Assembly: GCF_000407505.1 (NCBI RefSeq)
Contig: NZ_ASWE01000001.1
Coordinates: 159,324-183,323 of the forward strand
Direction: 5' to 3'
Source: Enterococcus phoeniculicola ATCC BAA-412
GTDB lineage: Bacteria; Bacillota; Bacilli; Lactobacillales; Enterococcaceae
Length of the DNA: 24,000 nt
Positions within the stretch are counted from its first letter, which is position 1; every line of letters begins with the position of its first letter. This document shows, piece after piece, positions 17,332 to 24,000 of the stretch. A model generated the notes under the pieces. It made no database searches and was not told the origin of the DNA. It saw only the letters and a program-made list of their open reading frames with translations. A program made the position numbers and the translations under genes.

Positions 17332-18360
17332 ATGGAACTTTTGAAGACTTATAAAAGTGACGGAGCTGCGATAACATTTGATGAACTGATTTATAAAATT
17401 GGGAGTTATCACTACAACTGGCATTATGAATTAGAGTTAATTTGGTTATTGGAAGGGAAAATTGAAGTAAATGTGAATGGGGAAGTCTGTACTCTAGAAG
17501 AGGGCGATTTGTATCTTATTAATTCCAATTGCGGGCATGCAACGTTCGCGGTGATTCCTGAAAGCGTGGCAATGAGAGTCCATATCTCACCTGATTTTTT
17601 CTTGTCTCAAGGAATTGATTTGAGTAAAGGAAAATTCCATTTAAATTCAAGTGCTGAAAAGAAGAATCCTATTTATGATGAGCTTCGCTACGATTTAGCA
17701 CAAATGCAGATATTTACTTTAGAAGGAGTGAGTCAGTTTAAAATGAATGCTCTTTTCTATAGAATTACGGAGAAAATTTTAGATTTTTTCGTCCTTTCCC
17801 AAAAAGAAAGTCGAGAGTTTTCTTTAGGACAAAAAAGAGCTTTTTTAGATTCTGCAATTGAATACATAGAGAACAATTTTAGAAATGAATTGACTTTAGA
17901 GCAGCTGGCAGCACAATGTAATTATTCCACTTCTTATTTATCAAAAATGTTTAAAACAGAGTTGGGCATTAATTTTTATGAATACTTGACCCGTTGTCGT
18001 TTGCAGCAGGCACTTCGCAGCCTCGCTATAACGGATAAAAAAATCGGAGAAATATCTTATGAGACAGGTTTTAATGACATAAAAGCATTTAATAAGATGT
18101 TCAAAAAACATTTTGGCACAACGCCCTCTGATTACCGCAAACAAATTAGTCCAGATCTTCTCATTACGGATCAAAATTTTAAAAATCAGCTGGATGAAGC
18201 AACCTTTAACAGTATTTTAGAAAAAATTCATGTGTTTGTTGAGCAAGAAAAAAATCAAGTTTATGATCAGAATCCTTGTGAAATCTGCAATTATAAAACG
18301 TATGAAAAACAATATATAAATTTGGTCAGCAATTTAAAGCATATTGTTTCAGATGCCTAG
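17332..18360 (+). CDS. AraC/XylS-family transcriptional regulator (cupin-like sensor + HTH) with a ~60-aa C-terminal extension
   Basis: The AraC HTH signature is present: LTLEQLAAQCNYSTSYLSKMFKTELGINFYEYLTRCRLQQALRSL...GFNDIKAFNKMFKKHFGTTPSDYRK. The N-terminus is cupin-like (LIWLLEGKIEVNVNGE...GDLYLINSNCGH). ATG 17332 lies 8 nt after AAGGGG; the ORF track's GTG 17323 overlaps the SD. Confidence 0.85.
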   Translation: MELLKTYKSDGAAITFDELIYKIGSYHYNWHYELELIWLLEGKIEVNVNGEVCTLEEGDLYLINSNCGHATFAVIPESVAMRVHISPDFFLSQGIDLSKGKFHLNSSAEKKNPIYDELRYDLAQMQIFTLEGVSQFKMNALFYRITEKILDFFVLSQKESREFSLGQKRAFLDSAIEYIENNFRNELTLEQLAAQCNYSTSYLSKMFKTELGINFYEYLTRCRLQQALRSLAITDKKIGEISYETGFNDIKAFNKMFKKHFGTTPSDYRKQISPDLLITDQNFKNQLDEATFNSILEKIHVFVEQEKNQVYDQNPCEICNYKTYEKQYINLVSNLKHIVSDA

Positions 18361-18399
18361 ATTTGTATATAAATGATAGACGTTAGAATAGAATGAAAA

Positions 18400-18446
18400 A
18401 GATAGTTGATATTTAGAAATGATAAAAATTAGCTATCTTTTTTTTT
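18400..18446 (+). terminator. Rho-independent terminator after the AraC gene
   Basis: 8-bp stem AGATAGTT / AGCTATCT with a large structured loop, followed by T9. Confidence 0.5.
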
Positions 18447-18483
18447 GTTCCGAATTTATTTAGAAAACGGATACAAATTTGAT

Positions 18484-18524
18484 GGGTAATGGATTTTCGT
18501 TACCCTATTTTTGTTTTTATTTTC
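18484..18524 (+). terminator. Second terminator-like hairpin
   Basis: GGGTAA-10nt-TTACCC followed by TATTTTTGTTTTTATTTT. Confidence 0.45.
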
Positions 18525-18570
18525 AATATTTTTGCTGGATTTGAGAAAGTTTACACAAAAAAAGGATAAG

Positions 18571-18600
18571 GAATTTGGTAAGAATTGGCTAGAATTGGCT
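18571..18600 (+). promoter_or_regulatory. Three tandem 10-bp direct repeats upstream of the dehydratase operon (candidate activator binding sites)
   Basis: GAATTTGGTA-AGAATTGGCT-AGAATTGGCT; the last two copies are identical. The repeats end 45 nt before the ATG at 18645, with a GATAAT -10-like box at 18613-18618. Confidence 0.4.
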
Positions 18601-18644
18601 TCTTTGAAAATAGATAATAAAGAAAATTAATGAGGAGGAAAATC

Positions 18645-19565
18645 ATGAAATACACTTACGAAGAAAAGGCACTATCTGAAGAAGCTATCAAAATGCGGGA
18701 TATACTCATGGAATATATCGCGGTTGTTGGACGTCGTTTACCAGATGATGTGACAGAAAAATTAGATGAGCTATCAAAAATTGAGGTGGAACCATTACAG
18801 CAATTGGTCTATGACACAATGCGTGAAAATCAAATGTTAGCAGAAGAATTAAAACGTCCTAGCTGTCAAGATACGGGTGCGTTACAATTTTTTATCAAAT
18901 GTGGTTCAAAATTCCCATTATTAGCTGAGTTAAATGACATTTTAAAAGATGCAGTTTACCTTGCAACAAAAAAAGCTCCATTGAGACACAATGCAGTAGA
19001 AACCTTTGATGAATATAACACAGGGTTAAATATTGGAACGGGTTTACCAAGCGTATTTATGGAAATAGATGGCGATGGTGATGGAGTGGAGATGTATGTT
19101 TATATGGCAGGTGGCGGGTGTAGCTTACCTGGTGCTGCAAAAGTGTTAATGCCAGGTGAAGGATATGAAGGGGTTGTCAAATTTGTGATGGATCAAATGA
19201 CAAGCTACGGAATTAATGCATGCCCACCGTTATTAGTTGGGATTGGGATTGGGACCTCTGTAGAAGCTGCTGCAATGAATTCTAAGCTTGCATTAATGCG
19301 TGAAGTAAGCAGCGAAAGTCCAAATGAAAATGCAGCGAAGATGGAACATTTGTTAGAGGATGGAATCAATAATATTGGTTTAGGACCCCAAGGATTTGGT
19401 GGGAAAAAATCAGTTATGGGTGTAAATATTATCAATACTGGGCGCCATCCATCTGTAATTGGCGTGGCAATCAATACTGGCTGCTGGTCACATCGACGTG
19501 GAAAAATTGTTTTTGATAGTCAATTGAACTACACATTACCGCTACATAAAGGAGTAGAATTATGA
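18645..19565 (+). CDS. ttdA: Fe-S hydro-lyase alpha subunit: L(+)-tartrate dehydratase TtdA type (homologous to two-subunit class I fumarase alpha)
   Basis: ~306 aa, matching TtdA size. The conserved cluster-ligand cysteines lie in [15 protein letters not shown] and [11 protein letters not shown] 18645 lies 6 nt after GAGGAGG; the ORF track's ATG 18630 overlaps the SD. The tartrate assignment rests on context, not on sequence alone. Confidence 0.7.
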   Translation: MKYTYEEKALSEEAIKMRDILMEYIAVVGRRLPDDVTEKLDELSKIEVEPLQQLVYDTMRENQMLAEELKRPSCQDTGALQFFIKCGSKFPLLAELNDILKDAVYLATKKAPLRHNAVETFDEYNTGLNIGTGLPSVFMEIDGDGDGVEMYVYMAGGGCSLPGAAKVLMPGEGYEGVVKFVMDQMTSYGINACPPLLVGIGIGTSVEAAAMNSKLALMREVSSESPNENAAKMEHLLEDGINNIGLGPQGFGGKKSVMGVNIINTGRHPSVIGVAINTGCWSHRRGKIVFDSQLNYTLPLHKGVEL

Positions 19566-20173
19566 GAGAATTTCGATTAAAGACACCAATTACAGATGAA
19601 GATATAAAAGACATTCGGATTGGGGATATTGTTTATTTAGAAGGGATTTTAGTAACCTGTCGTGATGTTGCTCACCGTCGTGTTGTAGAAGAAGGGCTGG
19701 AGTTACCCGTTGATGTTAGAGGAAAAGCAATTCTTCATGCAGGACCAATTATTAAAGATTTAGGCGATGATCAATATCAAATGATTTCAGTTGGTCCCAC
19801 AACTAGTATGCGTATGGAAAAATTTGAAGAAGAATTCATCAAAAAAACAGGCGTAAAGCTAATTGTTGGAAAAGGTGGTATGGGTGCTGGAACACAAAAG
19901 GGTTGTAAAGAAAATAAAGCCTTACACCTTGTTTTTCCAGCTGGAAATGCAGTTTACGCAGCAGAAAAAGTAGAAAAAATTATTGATGCACAGTGGATGG
20001 ATTTAGGAATGCCTGAAACATTATGGGTTTCTGAAGTAAAAGAATATGGTCCACTCATTGTCTCAATTGATACACTGGGAAATAACTTATTTGAAAATAA
20101 CAAGATTGAGTTTAATAAAAGAAAAGAAGAGGAAATTGAGCGAATTTGTAAAGAAGTGCGCTTTATCAAATAA
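19562..20173 (+). CDS. ttdB: Fe-S hydro-lyase beta subunit (TtdB / fumarase beta type)
   Basis: 203 aa, the same size as E. coli TtdB. It has swivelling-beta-barrel type blocks ([18 protein letters not shown]). The ATGA overlap with the alpha subunit indicates translational coupling. Confidence 0.7.
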   Translation: MREFRLKTPITDEDIKDIRIGDIVYLEGILVTCRDVAHRRVVEEGLELPVDVRGKAILHAGPIIKDLGDDQYQMISVGPTTSMRMEKFEEEFIKKTGVKLIVGKGGMGAGTQKGCKENKALHLVFPAGNAVYAAEKVEKIIDAQWMDLGMPETLWVSEVKEYGPLIVSIDTLGNNLFENNKIEFNKRKEEEIERICKEVRFIK

Positions 20174-20207
20174 GGCTGCATAAAAGACACTCAATTAGGT
20201 GATAAGT

Positions 20208-21572
20208 ATGCTATTAGTTTTAGCTTTATTAATGATTCTATCCTTTATTGTACTGTTGTCTAAGAACAAGCTATCCATTATTGGCGCATTAACTTTAGTT
20301 CCGTTATTCTTTGGGGTTTTAGTTATTTTACTAACAGATGCTACCTTCTCTGATTTATTTCAGTGGATAACAGATGCACTATTTTTCAAAGTTAATGAAG
20401 TAACTGGAAAAGTCAGTATGGGTGTTATTTCACCGGGTCTGCTTATCTTGTTTGCGGTAATGTATTTTGATTTAATGCTAAATGTAGGTCTCTTTGATCC
20501 TCTGTGTGAATTTTTCATAAAAAAAGCAAAAGGTGATCCTTTAAAAGTAACAATGGCAACGGTTTTAACTGCTACTGTTGTAACAATGAACGGAGATACT
20601 ACAACGACGATTATTATCTGTGTAGCCGCTTTTTTAGAATTGTATAAGTCTTTAAATATGAAATTAGGGTATCTGGCGATTTTAATCGTGACGCCAATTG
20701 GTATTTTTAATCAGCTGCCGTGGGGTGGACCAACGATTGCTGCGAGTACGGCGATGGATGTGCCAATTAATGAATTATTTACAGCGTTACTGCCAGGAAT
20801 GCTAGCTGCAGAGGTTTTTGCTATTTTTCTAGCTTATCGCTTAGGAAAGAAAGAACGCAAACGGCTAAGTTGGTGTACAGGTGCTGACTCAGAGATTGAT
20901 GATTTAATGATGGAGCAAATGCTATCGTCCATTCGTGAAAAAGATCCTGAATTAAAACGACCAAAGCTGTTTTTATTTAATCTGGTTTTAACGTTTGGTA
21001 TCTTATATTTGTTAATTCAAGGATTTGCTCATGGAGCGGTCTTGTTTATGATTGGAAGTGCGATTGTTTTAACGGTGAACTACCGAAAAGTATCTATTAT
21101 TAATGAACGAATTGATGATATTGCAGCAGATGCGTTAGCACCAGCTCTGGCAACTTTTGCAGCAGGCGTATTTTCTGGTGTGTTATCTGGAAGCGGGATG
21201 GCAACAGCTTTAGCAGAAGGAATGACGATGATTATTCCAGATAGTCTTGGCTCACATGTTGCACCAATTTATGCAGTAATCTCCGCACCAGCAATTACTT
21301 TTTTACCACAAGATGCTTTTTACTTTGGGATTGCCAAAGTTGTAGCAGAAGTAATGGAGCAATATGGAATTACACCTATCCAAGCGGCAGTAGCTTCAAT
21401 GGTAGGACAATCATTCCGCTTGATTTCTCCAGTTATTCCAGCATTATTCATGTTAACCGATTCAACGAATTTAAACTTTGTTGATTTTCAGAAAAAGTAC
21501 ATTCGTTACTGTTGGCCAATTTTAATTATTTATATTGTTGTATATGTCATAACTGGTTATTTACCTCTATAA
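20208..21572 (+). CDS. CitMHS-family transporter (metal-carboxylate:H+ symporter family)
   Basis: It aligns by eye with B. subtilis CitM across LFDP, KGDPLKV, NGDTTTT, LPWGGPT and LGKKERKRL. ATG 20208 lies 5 nt after AGGTGA; the ORF track's GTG 20199 overlaps the SD. Confidence 0.82.
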   Translation: MLLVLALLMILSFIVLLSKNKLSIIGALTLVPLFFGVLVILLTDATFSDLFQWITDALFFKVNEVTGKVSMGVISPGLLILFAVMYFDLMLNVGLFDPLCEFFIKKAKGDPLKVTMATVLTATVVTMNGDTTTTIIICVAAFLELYKSLNMKLGYLAILIVTPIGIFNQLPWGGPTIAASTAMDVPINELFTALLPGMLAAEVFAIFLAYRLGKKERKRLSWCTGADSEIDDLMMEQMLSSIREKDPELKRPKLFLFNLVLTFGILYLLIQGFAHGAVLFMIGSAIVLTVNYRKVSIINERIDDIAADALAPALATFAAGVFSGVLSGSGMATALAEGMTMIIPDSLGSHVAPIYAVISAPAITFLPQDAFYFGIAKVVAEVMEQYGITPIQAAVASMVGQSFRLISPVIPALFMLTDSTNLNFVDFQKKYIRYCWPILIIYIVVYVITGYLPL

Positions 21573-21661
21573 TCAGGTCCAATGGAAGATGGATACGTTA
21601 TGCCTATGGTGTAACGGGTACAGCTTCCTATTTTATTGAGTCATTTCTAAAAGGAGAAATA

Positions 21662-21985
21662 ATGAGTATCTTTAAAAATATGTTGAAAAAAAATAAGCAA
21701 GTAACTCCAGTTGTTGATGAAACGGGCGAAGAGTATTCGGCTGAAGCGTGCAACTATCAGCCACTTCCAGCCTATATTGAAGCGAGTCCAGAAGAGTATT
21801 CATTAGTGAGCTTGATTGCAGCCTCAGTCGCAGCCGAAGATAGACCAGACAGCCAGTTTGTTGTGAAAAAGATTTTCCAACGTAATCCTGAGGCAAAAGA
21901 AGTATCTTTACTTGCGGCAAGTATAGCGACAGGGATGAATGAGGACAGTCAGTTTATCGTCCGAAAAATTGCAAAGAAAAAATAG
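21662..21985 (+). CDS. Small soluble oxaloacetate-decarboxylase accessory subunit, OadH-like, with an internal duplication
   Basis: ATG 21662 lies after AAAGGAGA; the ORF track's upstream extension to 21512 runs inside the transporter gene. Its position before the biotin carrier and OadB matches the enterococcal oadH-oadD-oadB order. It has two copies of an SL(V/L)..IAAS(V/I)A...EDSQF(V/I)V(K/R)KI module. Confidence 0.55.
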   Translation: MSIFKNMLKKNKQVTPVVDETGEEYSAEACNYQPLPAYIEASPEEYSLVSLIAASVAAEDRPDSQFVVKKIFQRNPEAKEVSLLAASIATGMNEDSQFIVRKIAKKK

Positions 21986-21997
21986 GAGGTAAGATGT

Positions 21998-22390
21998 ATG
22001 TTACGTAAATTTAAAATCTCAATTGATGGGAAAGAGTATCTAGTGGAAATGGAAGAAATCGGTGGTGTACCGCAACCCGCAGCTTCTATTCCACCAGCAG
22101 CTCCTGCACCTACACAAGAAACAACGCCAGCACCAGTAGAAATAACACCTGCACCAGTAGAAACAACGCAAGCTGGAGCAGATGCAATGCCTTCACCGAT
22201 GCCGGGCACAATCTTAAAAATTTTAGTAAACGTTGGCGATTCAGTTCAAGAAAACCAGCCGTTAATGATTTTAGAAGCGATGAAAATGGAAAATGAAATT
22301 GTGGCTGGAAAAGCCGGGACTATTTCAGGAATCCATGTAACACAAGGAGATATGGTTAACCCGGGCGATTCATTGATTACTATTCAATAA
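21998..22390 (+). CDS. oadD: Biotin carboxyl carrier subunit of oxaloacetate decarboxylase (OadD-type)
   Basis: It has the biotinylation motif EAMKMENEI, a biotinyl/lipoyl beta-barrel C-terminus, and a Pro/Ala-rich linker containing a TPAPVE(I/T)T tandem repeat. AGGAGG lies 8 nt upstream. Confidence 0.85.
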   Translation: MLRKFKISIDGKEYLVEMEEIGGVPQPAASIPPAAPAPTQETTPAPVEITPAPVETTQAGADAMPSPMPGTILKILVNVGDSVQENQPLMILEAMKMENEIVAGKAGTISGIHVTQGDMVNPGDSLITIQ

Positions 22391-22538
22391 AAAGCTACTG
22401 CCTGATTTCTTATTAGACATCATGGATAGCAAGCATCATTTGTTTTAGTAAGATGAGTGAACTGATTTTGGTTTACTTTATAAAATAGTTAAAGCAATTA
22501 AAGAAAAACGTTAATTTTAGAAAGAGGAAGTGACATTT

Positions 22539-23654
22539 GTGGAAACATTGATTGAAGGGTTTGTAGGAATAGGACAAGAACCAGGCCGCATCGTAATGAT
22601 GGTTATCGGCGGCGTCTTGATGTATTTGGGAATAAAAAAAGAATACGAACCAACATTATTGGTTCCAATGGGTTTAGGGACAATTCTAGTAAACTTCCCA
22701 AATTCTGGTGTATTAAGTGCAGGTGGAGAAGCAGGACCATTTCAAGTCTTATTTGATATGGGAATTTCAACTGAATTATTCCCTCTTCTCTTGTTTATTG
22801 GGATAGGGGCAATGATTGATTTTGGGCCATTATTACAAAATCCATTTCTGTTATTATTTGGAGCAGCAGCCCAATTTGGAATTTTCTTCACGATTATTGT
22901 AGCCATTTTACTAGGGTTTGATTTAAATGATGCTGCATCAATCGGAATTATTGGCGCAGCAGACGGTCCTACATCTATTTTTGTAGCGAACACATTGAAT
23001 TCAAAATATATGGGAGCTATCATGGTCGCGGCTTATTCTTATATGGCACTCGTTCCAATTATTCAGCCAGTCGCAATTAAAGCTGTGACGACGAAAAAAG
23101 AACGTCGTATTCGCATGACTTACCGTGCAGGTGAAGTTTCACAAACTGCAAAAATTCTATTCCCTGTTGTAATCTCAGTAGTCGCAGGATTAATCGCACC
23201 TGTTTCATTACCATTAGTTGGGTTCTTAATGTTTGGTAACTTGTTAAGGGAATGCGGAGTGTTGGATCGTTTATCTATTACAGCGCAAAATGAATTAGTA
23301 AACATTATTAGTATTGTGTTAGGACTATCTATTTCAGTGAAGATGCAATATGAAGAATTTTTACAAGTAGATACATTAATGGTTATTGGACTAGGGTTAG
23401 TTGCCTTTATTATGGACTCAGTAGGGGGCGTACTATTTGCAAAACTATTGAATCTATTTAGAAAAGACAAAATCAACCCAATGATTGGTGCAGCTGGAAT
23501 ATCGGCGTTTCCAATGTCTAGTCGTGTAATTCAAAAAATGGCAACAGATGAAGATCCACAAAACTTTATTTTGATGCATGCGGCAGGAGCAAACGTATCT
23601 GGGCAAATCGCATCAGTTATCGCAGGAGGAATATTGCTTGCATTATTAGTCTAG
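22539..23654 (+). CDS. oadB: Na+-translocating decarboxylase beta subunit (OadB)
   Basis: Strong collinear similarity by eye to Klebsiella OadB: GAMIDFGPLLQNP, LLFGAAAQFGIF, ASIGIIGAADGPTSI and AAYSYMALVPIIQP. The start is uncertain. GTG 22539 (METLIEG...) has sensible SD spacing, whereas GTG 22530 abuts the SD. Confidence 0.9.
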   Translation: METLIEGFVGIGQEPGRIVMMVIGGVLMYLGIKKEYEPTLLVPMGLGTILVNFPNSGVLSAGGEAGPFQVLFDMGISTELFPLLLFIGIGAMIDFGPLLQNPFLLLFGAAAQFGIFFTIIVAILLGFDLNDAASIGIIGAADGPTSIFVANTLNSKYMGAIMVAAYSYMALVPIIQPVAIKAVTTKKERRIRMTYRAGEVSQTAKILFPVVISVVAGLIAPVSLPLVGFLMFGNLLRECGVLDRLSITAQNELVNIISIVLGLSISVKMQYEEFLQVDTLMVIGLGLVAFIMDSVGGVLFAKLLNLFRKDKINPMIGAAGISAFPMSSRVIQKMATDEDPQNFILMHAAGANVSGQIASVIAGGILLALLV

Positions 23655-23704
23655 GAGTCTACTGTTAGGCATAGTGTTGAAGCTGTTTCAGAAAGGAGCA
23701 AAAC

Positions 23705-23824
23705 AATGACAAATGATTTAATGAAATCACTTGAACTCTTAGTTTTTGGCTGGGGTGGCGTTTTTGCCGTTATATTAATCATTTATCTGGCATCTGTACT
23801 GTTATGTAAATTATTTCCAATTAA
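23705..23824 (+). CDS. 39-aa single-TM peptide resembling the membrane anchor of OadG (decarboxylase gamma subunit)
   Basis: AAAGGAG SD, then ATG 23705. The sequence MTNDLMKSLELLVFGWGGVFAVILIIYLASVLLCKLFP resembles the OadG N-terminal helix (G-rich LxxGxGxVF pattern). It is below the ORF-track size cut-off, so this is my own translation. Confidence 0.45.
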
Positions 23825-23902
23825 AAAATAAGAAGAGAGTGTATTGCGTAATTATAAAAAGAAATACGCCATAACCATGTTAAAAGGAAAGGATGCAAGA
23901 AA

Positions 23903-24000
23903 ATGACTAAAAAGATTCATTTTATGGAAACCGTCTTGCGAGATGGGCAACAAAGCTTAATCGCTACACGAATGCCTACAGCAGATATGTTACCGATTAT
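23903..24000 (+). CDS. oadA: Oxaloacetate decarboxylase alpha subunit (carboxyltransferase), 5' end only
   Basis: MTKKIHFMETVLRDGQQSLIATRM carries the HMGL-like/carboxyltransferase signature (T/V)LRDG(H/Q)QS. The gene is truncated by the window end. Confidence 0.8.
   Translation, partial: MTKKIHFMETVLRDGQQSLIATRMPTADMLPI

Noticed and set aside
17171-17377. Minus-strand 68-aa ORF across the AraC promoter region
   Set aside because: It overlaps the AraC start, the hairpins and the direct repeats, and it has no SD. It is judged spurious.
18645-20173. Calling the two-subunit Fe-S hydro-lyase a class I fumarase
   Set aside because: This reading is not fully excluded, because the families are homologous and I cannot separate them by eye. 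However, the direct linkage to an oxaloacetate decarboxylase and the TtdA/TtdB-like subunit sizes make tartrate dehydratase the better working call.
21512-21661. Long upstream extension of the OadH-like ORF (157 aa version starting at 21512)
   Set aside because: The extension runs out of frame inside the CitMHS gene and encodes a Cys/Tyr/Trp-rich nonsense-like peptide. ATG 21662 has a proper AAAGGAGA SD.
21949-22209. Minus-strand 86-aa Gly/Ala/Val-rich ORF
   Set aside because: It is the antisense image of the Pro/Ala-rich linker of the biotin carrier protein, which has an unmistakable biotinylation motif on the + strand.
22446-22454. GTTTTAGTA in the oadD-oadB spacer resembles the start of the CRISPR repeat
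   Set aside because: Only a 7-nt match (GTTTTAG), with no continuation of the repeat. This is chance similarity.

Overview
The window looks like a low-GC Firmicute chromosome, probably an Enterococcus. This is an inference from gene content: OadH/D/B-type oxaloacetate decarboxylase, a II-A-style GTTTTAGAGC...CCAAAAC CRISPR repeat, and PTS-rich sugar loci. Every credible gene is on the + strand. In order: (1) the 3' end of aspartate 4-decarboxylase, a GntR/HutC regulator and a PepV-like M20 dipeptidase, followed by a 700-bp structured non-coding gap. (2) A 7-gene operon: glycosylasparaginase, lactose/cellobiose-type PTS IIB and IIC, a stand-alone GrdB-N-domain-like protein, two M42 aminopeptidase paralogues (the first has degenerate metal ligands) and PTS IIA. 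(3) A cas-less CRISPR array (6 repeats, 5 spacers) with an apparently intact leader. (4) A visibly AT-rich islet with a CPBP/Abi intramembrane protease and degenerate non-coding DNA. (5) An alpha-glucoside PTS operon: EIIA-Glc, EIICB, GH4 6-phospho-alpha-glucosidase and an RpiR regulator. (6) An AT-rich two-gene cassette of unknown function followed by a long hairpin. (7) An AraC regulator, a TtdA/TtdB-type Fe-S dehydratase, a CitMHS transporter and oxaloacetate decarboxylase genes (OadH-like, biotin carrier, OadB, a mini OadG-like peptide, start of OadA). I read block 7 as a tartrate -> oxaloacetate -> pyruvate module. I saw no rRNA, tRNA, transposase, integrase or phage genes. All functional calls rest on motif recognition by eye; no database search was possible.
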